NCBI GenBank assembly: GCA_046757165.1
Contig: JBHHXT010000064.1
Coordinates: 1-23,408, forward strand
Length of the DNA: 23,408 nucleotides
Origin: a bacterium
GTDB lineage: Bacteria; Zhuqueibacterota; Zhuqueibacteria; Oceanimicrobiales; Oceanimicrobiaceae
Reading direction: 5' to 3'
Shown in pieces: positions 7,749 to 17,651 of the stretch. Under the pieces are notes generated by a model. That model was not told the DNA's origin. It did not search any database and saw only the letters and a program-made list of their open reading frames with translations. The position numbers were made by a program, and so were the translations under genes. The first letter of the stretch is position 1. The number at the start of each line of letters is the position of its first letter.

Positions 7749-10076
7749 TTAGAAACTACGACCAAATACAAAGTGTGGCTTCCAATCTCCGAATTTTTGT
7801 CTGGTTGTGGGATCGATATTATCGAAGCCATAAGCATAGTCAAAGCCAATAATCCCGAGCATGGGCATGAAGATCCTGAGTCCCACGCCGACCGAGCGGC
7901 GCAGGTCGAAAATATCGGTTTCTTCTAAGCCGCGCCAGGTGTTGCCGGCTTCGGCAAAAACCAACCCAAAGATGGTTGGGTTGGGTGAGATGGGAATCCT
8001 GAGCTCTGTACTATACTTGAACATGACCTTGCCGCCTCCGCCTCTGGAAGAGCGGGAGAGCGGGTCATCGTAACCACGCAGCGGGATCGAGCGCGACAGT
8101 CCTTCCCCGCCCATAAAGAACAGCTCCAGAAAAGGAATGTTCTCCGCATCGTTGCCAAATCCTTCAATGTAGCCGGCCTGGAAGCTGTTGAACAAGACAA
8201 AATTCAGAAACGCGGGCGAAAACCACTCATTTTGAATGATGTGTTTGTGAAAACTCACGTTGCCGCCCAACGGCCCGCCCGTAATCTCTGTTGAAATAGA
8301 AAAGCGAGACCCCGAGGACGGAAACTCTGGCCGGTCCAAGCTGCTGCGTGATATGATCTGGGTGATGCCGCTGGTCGTCAACGGCCAATCCTGCTGGGCA
8401 ACCTGCGGGTTGAACTGTAAAAATGCATCGGTGAAGTTGGTCAGATCGGTTCTGTCGATTCGGTAAATCCAGTCCGTTCTAAAAAAGTTGTCCGGCCAAC
8501 GCAGCCGACGTCCGAGCCGAATGCTGCCCCCCTGAGTGCGCTGGTCATATCCGATGAACCGGCTATCGCGCTTGATATCAAAAAAGCTGACCCCGACCAG
8601 CGTGGGCGTGTCCAGGAACCACGGCTCCGTAAAACCGATTTGAAAAGAACGAAAAGCCCGCCCGAAATTCCAGTCGAAGCTGAGCGTTTGACCGTTACCG
8701 AAGAAATTGTTCATCGTAACGCCAATGCTGCCGATGAGCTTATCGCGCTCACTAAACCCGGCAGACATGTTCGCGGTATCGGTAGACTTCTCTTCAACTT
8801 CCAGAACGATATCCACCTGGTCGTCGTTGATGGGTTGGACATCAGGCCGAACGTCTGCGAAGTAGTTGAGGATGAACACTTCGCGTTGACTGCGCACAAG
8901 CGCCTCTCGGCTAAACGTATCGCCTGGACGGATACGAAGCGCCCGGCGAATCACCTTTTCTTTGGTCTTGGTATTGCCGGTGATGTGAATCTTGTTGACT
9001 TTGACAGCGTTGCCTTCGATCACACTGAAAAGGACGTTGACGGTATCCAGGCCAACGGGCTTTTCCTGCGGAACAATGTTGGCATAGATATACCCGGCGT
9101 CATAGTACAGACTGCCAACGCGCTCATGAACCGCTTTTTCGATCTTCTCCCGGTTGTACACCTGGCCTTTTCGAAAGTCCAGGTAGCTGGCCAGTTGGTC
9201 GGCCGTATAGAGCTCATTGCCTTCCCAGGTGATATCGCCGAAGTAGTAACGCATGCCCGGGTTGACCCAGATGTCGATGTACATCTCCTTCTTCAGCGGA
9301 CCGTAGTGGATGGAGTCGCGCAGGACTTCGGCATCCCGGAAGCCTTCCTTGCGGTAGAAGGCGATGAGCTTTCTCAGGTCGTCGTTGTATTTGTCCGCAT
9401 CAAAATCGCCACCGCCGAAAAACCAGAACCCATTCTCCTTGGTGTCTTTGAGCTGCTTTCTGAGTTTCTTATCAGAAAAGTTCTTGTTGCCATGGAAGCT
9501 GATCCCTTCGATCACGACTTTGTTGCCTTCCCTGATTTTGAAACGCAAAACGCGTTTGTGTTTAAAGGCGCTTTCCCGCGTGACCGATTTGACATCGGCC
9601 AGCAGGTATCCCTTTTCTTCGTAGAGCTTCTTAATCTTGGTTTCAGCCTTCTTGACAACCTGGGGCCCCAACACCTGGCCTTTGTAGAAATCCAGCTTCT
9701 TTTCGATGTCTTTCTTTTTGAGCTTCTTGTTTCCTTCCAGTTCCACTTTGTCCAAGCGCGGGTACTCTTCGACTTTGATGGTCAAGTAGACCGCGCCGGC
9801 AACCTCCCTGTCGAGAAGAATCTGGATGTCGGAGAACAGATTCAAGCTCCAGAGCTGCTTGATCGCCTTCTGGATGTCCTCACCGGTGATTTCCTGATTG
9901 TCGCTCAAACCGGAATTGAGTTTGATGAAATTGGGATCAGCGATGTCATTGCCTTCAACAGAAATCGCGGCAACCTTTATGGCCTTTCTTGCACTCTGCC
10001 CAAAGCAAAGGCTGAAGATAAAAAACAAGGCAAACGTTGCCACAAAGGATCCACAAGCCGCTAATCTTCTACTCAT
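7749..10076 (-). CDS. bamA: Outer membrane protein assembly factor BamA, 775 aa
   Basis: Signal peptide from ATG 10076 (GGAG SD). Five POTRA starts (ISVEGN, VELEGN, ISFHGN, ITWEGN, IHITGNTKTKEKVIRR), NNFFGNGQ, FTEPW, loop-6 LRGY and C-terminal FGRSF. Confidence 0.96.
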   Translation of the reverse strand: MSRRLAACGSFVATFALFFIFSLCFGQSARKAIKVAAISVEGNDIADPNFIKLNSGLSDNQEITGEDIQKAIKQLWSLNLFSDIQILLDREVAGAVYLTIKVEEYPRLDKVELEGNKKLKKKDIEKKLDFYKGQVLGPQVVKKAETKIKKLYEEKGYLLADVKSVTRESAFKHKRVLRFKIREGNKVVIEGISFHGNKNFSDKKLRKQLKDTKENGFWFFGGGDFDADKYNDDLRKLIAFYRKEGFRDAEVLRDSIHYGPLKKEMYIDIWVNPGMRYYFGDITWEGNELYTADQLASYLDFRKGQVYNREKIEKAVHERVGSLYYDAGYIYANIVPQEKPVGLDTVNVLFSVIEGNAVKVNKIHITGNTKTKEKVIRRALRIRPGDTFSREALVRSQREVFILNYFADVRPDVQPINDDQVDIVLEVEEKSTDTANMSAGFSERDKLIGSIGVTMNNFFGNGQTLSFDWNFGRAFRSFQIGFTEPWFLDTPTLVGVSFFDIKRDSRFIGYDQRTQGGSIRLGRRLRWPDNFFRTDWIYRIDRTDLTNFTDAFLQFNPQVAQQDWPLTTSGITQIISRSSLDRPEFPSSGSRFSISTEITGGPLGGNVSFHKHIIQNEWFSPAFLNFVLFNSFQAGYIEGFGNDAENIPFLELFFMGGEGLSRSIPLRGYDDPLSRSSRGGGGKVMFKYSTELRIPISPNPTIFGLVFAEAGNTWRGLEETDIFDLRRSVGVGLRIFMPMLGIIGFDYAYGFDNIDPTTRQKFGDWKPHFVFGRSF

Positions 10077-10182
10077 TGGTACTGCTCCGTTCGTTGTACT
10101 GCTCTGTCTTCGTGTTGAACACCAGACTTCATAAATAACAAAAAAACTAACCAGAATCAAGGTCAAAAAGTTCAAATTTATC

Positions 10183-13100
10183 TCAAAAGAGGAAAGAGTG
10201 TCTGAGCCAGACCCTTTTATCGTCTCTGTGGGTTTCCAGAAGTGTGTTGTAATCATACTCCGCCTGCAGCAGCCATTTTGAATTCAGTCGATACTCGAGG
10301 CCGAGGATGTGCTGCAGGCCGACACCCTTGTCCTGGTACTGATAGTCGATCCCGGTCTTGATCTCGCCGGTGTACAGGACATACACATCTCCCAGGAGAT
10401 ACTTGCCGAGAATCAAACGGCTGCTGCGCAAGAATGCCAACGAAGAGCCGAGCGCCTCATTGCTGAAACGGGAGTCCAGAAAGTTTTGTGCAATCGAGTA
10501 GCTGAAGCGTACCACATCCAGCGCCAACTTGCGCTCCAGTTGCCGCTCCAGCGGACGCATGAGGGGCCGGAACAGAAGCTTATCGGTGCTGGAGCCAACT
10601 GCCTTGGCCGCCTGTTCATCTATGGTCTCGGAAGAATAGCCGAGCGTGGCCATGATATCCCCCTGAGTCTCGTCAAACCCCGGATGTTCGGAAGAAAGCT
10701 TGATGTTGATGCGGTCCCAACTGCCACTTTTGACTTCCTGATGTGTGACGTCGTCAACAGTGAGCAGCGTCAAATAGACATCACTGGGAACATTGCTGGA
10801 GTCCCGAATCACGGTCCACGCTTTGCCGTACACAATAGGATAGAACGAAGACGGAATAAACTCCGCTCCCATTTTGTCGACCCGGAAGTTGAGGTCGAGA
10901 TACTCGATTTCACCACGTGTCGATTCGACCGTGCCGCCGATGGTGAAGGTAGAATCCTTCAGAACCCCCTTGAACTCCAACTTGCTAATATCGCGGTCGA
11001 CTTCCATATCCACATAGATGGCCGGAAACTGGCGGACATAACGTGTTTCTTTCTCAGAAACGGCGTAAATATCCCAGTTGATATTATTCATGATGTTGAC
11101 CACGACCGGATTGGGCTCGCCGATGCTTTCGTCAAAGGGGTACATCAAGTTGGCATTTCGAATGCGCACCTTACCCCGCACATAAGGCCGACGCCATGGG
11201 CCCGCCACGAAGAACTTCTCATCCGGGGTGTAGCCTTCCAGGGCGTACCAACCGATTTCGCCTGACTCCATCAAACCAGGGATATGCAGCGGAACGCCTT
11301 TCTTCGAGGTCGTCAGCAGCAGCGCTCCCAGACTGAGATCGTCACCACCGAGTCGCAGCGCTTCATAGAGCCCGTGGTTCAAACCCGCGGTTTCCCGGGT
11401 GTTTGAAATGAAGAAGGGCTCGTCACGAATCGTTCCGTGCAGGTTCTTGATGTTCAGGAAGTAGTCCTCCCCCTCAACAGCCAGCTCTGCTTCCAGGTCC
11501 TCGATTTTGCGCGCAACATTGGTCAAGGTCAACTCACCTTTCTCGAAATGCAGCTCGCTGCCGGTGAAATCAGGCTTGGTGTAGCCCCCCTTCATGCGCA
11601 AATCGAGGTGGCCCTGGCTGTGCGACTCCTGAAAAATCTGGGCCAGGTCCGGGAGCAGGGCAAGAAAATTGCCATCGCCAGCAAGCGCGAGATCGAGCGA
11701 GCGGCCTCCCTCGAGAGGCAAGTACCCGGAGCCCTGCAAAACAAACTCATCGCCCTTTTTCACCTCAGCCCGCCCGACATTCAGGGCCTTAGTGGAGAGG
11801 TAGGAACCGTTTTGATGGGCTTGGTCGCCAAAATCGAGTAGCACCTCGTCGAACTGCAGTTTAAGAATCCGGGCGTTGTGCACCCGGACATTCCCATAAA
11901 GCGGCAGACGCGGGAATTTGCCTTTTGCTGTGACCTGAACAACGGCCTCGCCGGAAACGACGCTTTTTTTATGGGTCAATAATCTCAGCAGTTCCTCGAT
12001 TTGCAACCCGGTCGCGGCGACCACGGTTTCCAGCTCTTGTGTGCTAAGATCGTATTCTCCCTCGGCAACAATGTTGAGCGCTTCGGCGTCATTGAGCGTC
12101 AGCTTCTTGACTTGAATGGTTGACGGGTCAGCTTCAAAGGTCAACTGAGCTCGCACCGGACCCAACTGGTCCAGGAAGCCATTCAGCAGCCACAAACTGC
12201 CGCTGTATCGCTGCGCCTGTGCTTGATGGTTCAGGGTAACCTGGCCGTAGATATCGCCTTCGTATTTTTCAGCAGTGTTGCTGCCCAGGAGCGAGAGAAA
12301 CAAGGAGAGACTCATGCCTGAGATGGCAAGCTTGCCCTGTCCAGACATGGTATCGGATTTGCAGATATCGAAGGAGCCTGTCAGCCATTCCCCGAGCTCG
12401 AGCTCCTGCAAGCGCAAGCGCTCTTCTGTCCAGTCGAGAGCGAACGAGCCTTTGGTGATCTCGGCTCTGTTTGGCAGGAGAACGATATCACCACGGACGG
12501 TGCCTTGCGGGCCCTCAGCTTGCGACGAGATGGCGATTTGAAAGACCTTCTCATAATTTGTTCGCCGGTAGCCTTCCACCACGACCTGCAAATCATCAGC
12601 CGTTCCCTCTGCCGCCACGTTGAGATTGTAACGCGACTGCAAAAACGCGAGTTTGGCATCGTTGACAAACTCGAACAGCTTCTGAAAGTTGGTAGCCTCA
12701 AAATCGTAGATCCGTTCATGGAGAATGTCTTGCACCGTGGCATTGAGATGAAAGTCGTCATCGATGGAAGAGGTGTTGATGACCAGCGTTTCCTGGCTGT
12801 AGGAAAACGAGCCATCCACACTGAGAGAGGGCGATCCGTCTTTCAGGAAATGTAAGTCAACTTCACCCGTACTGACAGGATTGACCATGGTGCCGAACAC
12901 CTTGATGTGTGCAGCGGCTAAACAGCTATCAGGAGAGCTCAGCCCCAGGTCGAGGATATCTCGGGTAACGTCACCTCGCACATTGATCTCAAAATCGAGC
13001 ATATTCTCTGGGACCTTGAAATCGATTTCTCCTGAGCCGGCAAACGTGGTTTCATCCACGTGGCCTGTCATTCGGCGAAAGATCAGCGTGGAATTGTCCA

Positions 13101-14295
13101 GCGCTAATTCCACATCCAGATCCCTGAGTTTTCTGCCATAAAACTGTAAGTGGTCAGAGGCCAGCGTCCCTTGAATTCTGGGGGTGGCGAAGGCGTCCGT
13201 CACCGCCACATCGAGAGCAGTCACCCCCTTGAACGGAAGTTTCTTTTCAGGCAGAAACTGGTCCAGGAATTTCTCGACATCGAACTTTCGCGAACGCAAT
13301 CTCAGGTCGAAATGGGGGTCGAGCAGATTATTGATTCTGCCCGTAATCTCGGTCGGTGAGCCATTTATGGTTTGTGTCGCTTTCTTGATTTCGATGTTCC
13401 ACTCCCGGATTTCTGCCTCGAGCTCCACGTCATCAAAATAAAGATTCTCAGATTGCACTTTGAAGCTTCCGTGCTGCAGATTGACGGTGCCTTCGATGTC
13501 AAAGCCGCGCGAGGGTTCGAGGCGTTCCGTGATGGTCAAATGGCCTTCCATCTGACCAGAAAGTACCTCGAAGTAGCTTGGCAGCAAAAAAGGAAGCTCG
13601 TTTCCAAGCTCGTAGTTGTGCAGGTCGACATTGATATAGTCCAGCCCGCCCCGCTGCAGGTCGAATTGGCCGTATATGACCATATTGTATTCCTGGGTGT
13701 CAAAGAGATTTCCGGCCAGTCTCAGCCACGCACGGCCCTGCTCATCGGTATACGCCCAGCCATTGATCCGTTTGGCCAGCCGGACCCGCTCGTTGGTCTC
13801 CGTATTTTCAATCTCAATCTCACCTTTGGAGATGGTAATTCGTTTGATAAAGTCGGACTCTTTGATGAGGGAGCGGTAAAGCGCTTCCGCCTCCCTGGAT
13901 AGCTTCAGGGAGAGATCGACATCCTTATAGTCCTCTTTGCGGGGATCGTACAGGAGCGTCAGGCGCGGCTTGTAGATGGTGATTTCATCGGCGGTCTTCT
14001 CCGGCGTGGAGCGGCCCTTGAGCAGGCTCCTAATACTGTACCCCAACTGCAGCTCATCGATCTCGAGTTTGTACGGCGCGTCGGGAAAGACGAGCCGCAC
14101 CTTCTTGAGATTGAGAGAGCCGAAGCCAAGCCGGATGTTTTCGACAGTACATTCGTTGCCGGCCACGGATTGTATCTTGGCAATGACTAACTGTTTGAAG
14201 CCATCATTGATCTTGAACAGGTTGGACCCGCTGTAAAGCACAAACAGCAGGAACAAAACCACGAGGGTAATTGTCAGAATCGCTTTGCGAACCAT
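10183..14295 (-). CDS. Large AsmA/TamB-like periplasm-spanning protein, 1370 aa
   Basis: N-terminal TM anchor, a long repetitive beta-strand (beta-taco-like) body and a DUF490-like C-terminal region ending in amphipathic strands (GLEYRLNSKWLLQAEY...WLRHSFLF). Adjacent to bamA. Confidence 0.7.
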   Translation of the reverse strand: MVRKAILTITLVVLFLLFVLYSGSNLFKINDGFKQLVIAKIQSVAGNECTVENIRLGFGSLNLKKVRLVFPDAPYKLEIDELQLGYSIRSLLKGRSTPEKTADEITIYKPRLTLLYDPRKEDYKDVDLSLKLSREAEALYRSLIKESDFIKRITISKGEIEIENTETNERVRLAKRINGWAYTDEQGRAWLRLAGNLFDTQEYNMVIYGQFDLQRGGLDYINVDLHNYELGNELPFLLPSYFEVLSGQMEGHLTITERLEPSRGFDIEGTVNLQHGSFKVQSENLYFDDVELEAEIREWNIEIKKATQTINGSPTEITGRINNLLDPHFDLRLRSRKFDVEKFLDQFLPEKKLPFKGVTALDVAVTDAFATPRIQGTLASDHLQFYGRKLRDLDVELALDNSTLIFRRMTGHVDETTFAGSGEIDFKVPENMLDFEINVRGDVTRDILDLGLSSPDSCLAAAHIKVFGTMVNPVSTGEVDLHFLKDGSPSLSVDGSFSYSQETLVINTSSIDDDFHLNATVQDILHERIYDFEATNFQKLFEFVNDAKLAFLQSRYNLNVAAEGTADDLQVVVEGYRRTNYEKVFQIAISSQAEGPQGTVRGDIVLLPNRAEITKGSFALDWTEERLRLQELELGEWLTGSFDICKSDTMSGQGKLAISGMSLSLFLSLLGSNTAEKYEGDIYGQVTLNHQAQAQRYSGSLWLLNGFLDQLGPVRAQLTFEADPSTIQVKKLTLNDAEALNIVAEGEYDLSTQELETVVAATGLQIEELLRLLTHKKSVVSGEAVVQVTAKGKFPRLPLYGNVRVHNARILKLQFDEVLLDFGDQAHQNGSYLSTKALNVGRAEVKKGDEFVLQGSGYLPLEGGRSLDLALAGDGNFLALLPDLAQIFQESHSQGHLDLRMKGGYTKPDFTGSELHFEKGELTLTNVARKIEDLEAELAVEGEDYFLNIKNLHGTIRDEPFFISNTRETAGLNHGLYEALRLGGDDLSLGALLLTTSKKGVPLHIPGLMESGEIGWYALEGYTPDEKFFVAGPWRRPYVRGKVRIRNANLMYPFDESIGEPNPVVVNIMNNINWDIYAVSEKETRYVRQFPAIYVDMEVDRDISKLEFKGVLKDSTFTIGGTVESTRGEIEYLDLNFRVDKMGAEFIPSSFYPIVYGKAWTVIRDSSNVPSDVYLTLLTVDDVTHQEVKSGSWDRINIKLSSEHPGFDETQGDIMATLGYSSETIDEQAAKAVGSSTDKLLFRPLMRPLERQLERKLALDVVRFSYSIAQNFLDSRFSNEALGSSLAFLRSSRLILGKYLLGDVYVLYTGEIKTGIDYQYQDKGVGLQHILGLEYRLNSKWLLQAEYDYNTLLETHRDDKRVWLRHSFLF

Positions 14296-14348
14296 GGTTT
14301 AGCGCACACCGCTCTATATTCTTTAACACCAGAACACCAGCACCGACT

Positions 14349-15116
14349 CTACTCTTGATGTTCAAACTTGAGCTGCTCACTCACTTTTCCAAATCTGCGC
14401 TCGCGTTTCTGATACGAGGCAATGGCCTGCAGAAACTCGGTACGCCGAAATTCAGGCCAAAACACGTCTGCAACGTAAATCTCTGTATAGGCAAGTTGCC
14501 AGAGCAAGAAGTTGCTGATCCGAAACTCCCCGCTCGTTCGGATTAGCAAATCTGGGTCCGGGAGGTTCGCCGTGTACAGATGTTGCGCGACAACGGTCTC
14601 GTCGACATCTTCAACACTCAATTCACCGCATTGCACTTTGCGCGCAATCTGCTTTATGGCATCGATCATTTCTCTGCGGCTGCTGTAGCTCAAGGCGAGA
14701 TTCAAAGTCAGGCCAGTGTTGGTTCTTAACAGTTCAATCGCGCTTTCCATTCCCCGACGTGCTGGCAAGGGAAGATCACGCAGGTTGCCAATCACGTGTA
14801 ACCGCACGTTGCTCTTGTTCAACTCATCGACCTCTGCACGGATGGTTTTCAAAAGCAAGCGCATCAGGGCAGAGACTTCGCTAACAGGCCGATTCCAATT
14901 CTCCGTGGAGAACGTATATAACGTCAGGTACTTTACGTCGATTTCCCCGGCAGCTCTTACGACCTCCCGCACAGAGTTGATTCCTTCACCATGCCCTGCG
15001 ACACGCGGAAGATTCTGCCGCCGGGCCCACCGACCGTTACCATCCATGATGATCGCGACGTGCCTCGGAATGTTAGCACATGACAATACAAGCTCTTTTA
15101 GTTGTTGCACATCCAT
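14349..15116 (-). CDS. uppS: Undecaprenyl diphosphate synthase (cis-prenyltransferase)
   Basis: Motifs PRHVAIIMDGNGRWA, GH..G, YTFSTENWNRP, DPDLLIRTSGEFRISNFLLWQLAY and RERRFG. Confidence 0.97.
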   Translation of the reverse strand: MDVQQLKELVLSCANIPRHVAIIMDGNGRWARRQNLPRVAGHGEGINSVREVVRAAGEIDVKYLTLYTFSTENWNRPVSEVSALMRLLLKTIRAEVDELNKSNVRLHVIGNLRDLPLPARRGMESAIELLRTNTGLTLNLALSYSSRREMIDAIKQIARKVQCGELSVEDVDETVVAQHLYTANLPDPDLLIRTSGEFRISNFLLWQLAYTEIYVADVFWPEFRRTEFLQAIASYQKRERRFGKVSEQLKFEHQE

Positions 15117-15155
15117 GACTTTTGATGCTAATTAGTGAACAAGGCGTAAAGAATG

Positions 15156-15184
15156 AACTTAAGCGAATCAGACGAGAAAGTCAA
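15156..15184 (-). promoter_or_regulatory. sigma70 promoter for the uppS operon
   Basis: TTGACT (15184-15179), 17 bp spacer, TAAGTT (15161-15156); about 40 bp upstream of the uppS ATG. Confidence 0.6.
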
Positions 15185-15394
15185 GCGAAAACCCCTTCTC
15201 GTGAAAAAAGCAAGACACCCTCGTGGAGCTATCGGAGTCTGCGGAAAAAACACATCCTCAGAGATGTTTCTTGTTTGTCATTCTTGTGCCAAAGAGGATA
15301 AGCAGGAACACAGTCTTAGGTGGAAAGGTTCCCAGATCTACCGCGTCCGGTATCTATCTGCTAAGATTATCGTCCTGCAAAGCCGTTTTTATCC

Positions 15395-15423
15395 TTGACA
15401 AATCCTGTAATTTTAACTAAAAT
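15395..15423 (+). promoter_or_regulatory. Near-consensus sigma70 promoter for the OmpA-family gene
   Basis: TTGACA (15395-15400), 17 bp spacer, TAAAAT (15418-15423). Confidence 0.8.
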
Positions 15424-15495
15424 AAGCTTCTGTCCGATATTAGGTTTCTTTGATATGCGCATTTTATTCGATGAGAACAAATTAAGAGGCCAAAA

Positions 15496-16980
15496 ATGAA
15501 AGTGCAAGTAAACGCTCCGTGTCTGGCTTCATTTTGTTGGTTGTGCTTGTTGAGCTTCACCATGATTTCAGACTTGAACGCCCAGAATCAGGGCGACTTG
15601 AAAGAAACGCTTTTTGGCGAGACCGACAGACTCCTGGCCACGGTGCAAAGCGAACAGGCTAATCTGTTTTCCCCGACCAATTATAAGAATGCCATGAGCA
15701 AATATTATGAGGCCTCCAAAGATTTTCAAAGAGGTAAAAACCTGAATACCATTCAAGGCAAGTTGTCTGAAGTCCGCACCTATCTCAACAAATGTTTGCA
15801 GATTGCCAAGCGCGGCAGCGTGACTTTTGGCACCACGATCAAAGCGCGCGAAGATGCGCTGAGAGCCAACGCGCCCGAGTATGCGAAGAATCTGTACAAC
15901 AAAGCAGAATCCGAATTCATTTCCGCCGCCAAGAAACTGGAAAGAAACGACGTCAAGGGCGCCAAGAAAAGATTGCCTCAGATCGATGATCTATACCGAC
16001 AAGCAGAGCTAAATGCAATCAAAGTGAGCATCATTGGCAATGTGCGAAATCTCATGCGGGAAGCTAAGGAGATAGAAGCGAACAAATACACTCCGATCAC
16101 CTACGCGAATGCGCTGAAACTGTTGAACGAGTCGGAGGCGATCCTGAACAGCAACCGCCGCTCAGAGTCATCCGCCAAGGAGAAGGCTGAAAAGGCCGAG
16201 TTTGAAGCCAAACATGCCATTTTCTTGACCCGACAAATCAAGCGGCTCAAGAAGAACGAAAGGGAATGGGAGAATTTCATCCTCGACCGCGAGGTCATCA
16301 TAGAAGATATTGCGAAAGAGCTCGGCTTCGAAGCATATTTCGACGAAGGGATGCAGAAACCACTGAATGGAATCCTGAAAATAGCTGCAAGTCTGCAACT
16401 CGAAAAACGGGAGCTACTTTCAGAAGTGAAGGAAAAGGACGCAGAGATTCAACGACTGAACCAAGAGCTGCAGTCCTATCACGAGAAGGAGCAAGGACTG
16501 CAAGCCGAGCTGCGAGAAAAGCAGTATAAACTCGAAATGAAACGCCGACGTGAGGAGCGGATCAAATCGGTGGAAGAAATGTTTGCCAGCCGGGAAGCCG
16601 TGGTCCTGCGCAAAGGGAACGACCTCATCATCCGGCTCATCGGTCTGACCTTTCCGTCAGGCAAGGCGACCATCCGGCCGGAGTTTTTCAGCTTGCTGAC
16701 CACGGTTCAGCGCGCCATTCGGAAGTTCCCCAACGCACCGTTCTCAATCGAAGGACACACCGATTCGGTTGGCGATGACCGCTATAATGAAAACCTCTCC
16801 TACGAACGCGCGCAGGCAGTAAAGCAGTATTTGCTCGCCAACATGGGCCTGGATGAAAGTCGCGTCACTGCCCTCGGGTACGGGGAGTCCCGCCCCATCG
16901 CCAGCAACGAAACCAATCGAGGCCGGGCGCAAAATCGACGAATAGATATCGTGGTCACGTTCAAACAGGAAAGCTTGTAA
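15496..16980 (+). CDS. Exported OmpA_C-domain (peptidoglycan-binding) protein with helical repeats and a coiled coil
   Basis: N-terminal signal-like segment; C-terminal TFPSGKA, IEGHTDSVG..RYNENLSYERAQAV, GYGESRPIASN and GRAQNRRIDI. GAGG SD. Confidence 0.9.
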   Translation: MKVQVNAPCLASFCWLCLLSFTMISDLNAQNQGDLKETLFGETDRLLATVQSEQANLFSPTNYKNAMSKYYEASKDFQRGKNLNTIQGKLSEVRTYLNKCLQIAKRGSVTFGTTIKAREDALRANAPEYAKNLYNKAESEFISAAKKLERNDVKGAKKRLPQIDDLYRQAELNAIKVSIIGNVRNLMREAKEIEANKYTPITYANALKLLNESEAILNSNRRSESSAKEKAEKAEFEAKHAIFLTRQIKRLKKNEREWENFILDREVIIEDIAKELGFEAYFDEGMQKPLNGILKIAASLQLEKRELLSEVKEKDAEIQRLNQELQSYHEKEQGLQAELREKQYKLEMKRRREERIKSVEEMFASREAVVLRKGNDLIIRLIGLTFPSGKATIRPEFFSLLTTVQRAIRKFPNAPFSIEGHTDSVGDDRYNENLSYERAQAVKQYLLANMGLDESRVTALGYGESRPIASNETNRGRAQNRRIDIVVTFKQESL

Positions 16981-17051
16981 GTCAAAAAACTGTTGCTTTT
17001 TAGCGAAGAATTGTGTTAAATGGTATGGATTTAACCGTTGAGGTCATCACT

Positions 17052-17552
17052 ATGAGAAGCAAAAAGCTTTCCGCCCTGGTCTTTCTCCTGTTTCCAACTC
17101 TCCTCCTGGGTCAATTGAAGCAAGACACCAAAGTCAATATGGCGCAGGCGATAGCCAAGCCCAAAGTCGACAACATCATCAGTTTGCTGGGCCTCGACCC
17201 GGCCAATTTCTCGATGAGCCACAGCTATTCCTTTTCGGTCGGGTCGCTTGGCGGGAACAGCTACAACATGGGACTCTACCTCAACACGATGAAGTACCGG
17301 CTATCCGACCTGCTGACTTTCCACCTGCAACTGGGAATGCAGCACCAGCCGTTTGGAAACCAGACGGCTTTTGGACCGAAAAGCCAAATCTTCATCTCGA
17401 GCGCCGGCGTGGAATATAAGCCCAGCGACAGCTTGAAACTACAAGTGCTGTTTAGTCAAAGTCCCGGCTCGTCTTACTATCGCTCGCCGTTCAACGATCC
17501 GATTTCGCGCAATCGTGCCTGGTTGGACAGGAGGGACGAAGAAGACGAATAG
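17052..17552 (+). CDS. Secreted hypothetical protein, beta-strand rich
   Basis: ATG 17052 preceded by GAGGT. Signal peptide MRSKKLSALVFLLFPTLLLG-Q; alternating hydrophobic strands (SHSYSFSVG, GLYLNTMKY, LTFHLQLG, AGVEYKP). Confidence 0.7.
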   Translation: MRSKKLSALVFLLFPTLLLGQLKQDTKVNMAQAIAKPKVDNIISLLGLDPANFSMSHSYSFSVGSLGGNSYNMGLYLNTMKYRLSDLLTFHLQLGMQHQPFGNQTAFGPKSQIFISSAGVEYKPSDSLKLQVLFSQSPGSSYYRSPFNDPISRNRAWLDRRDEEDE

Positions 17553-17651
17553 AGACGCCCGCCCGGGAAGCTTTTCGCGAACGGTAGCATTTTGTTCCGG
17601 GTCCTGCCGGAATGACGGGTTTCAAACAGATCGCGACAGTTGAGGAGGAGG

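Noticed and set aside
8640..10064. 474-aa plus-strand ORF, and similar long antisense ORFs at 350-1279, 1360-2208, 4088-4798, 10309-11265 and 18184-19548
   Set aside because: They lie antisense to well-supported genes and show no recognisable motifs; they are shadow ORFs expected from codon bias.
10077..10256. N-terminal extension of the bamA ORF
   Set aside because: It overlaps the upstream gene; the signal peptide and SD fit ATG 10076.
15277..15292. Minus-strand TTGGCACAAGAATGAC as a sigma54 promoter
   Set aside because: The -24 element is good, but there is no GC at -12.
16993..17021. Possible sigma70 promoter TTGCTT-17-TTAAAT before the secreted hypothetical gene
   Set aside because: The -10 hexamer lacks the conserved A at position 2, so it is too weak to call.
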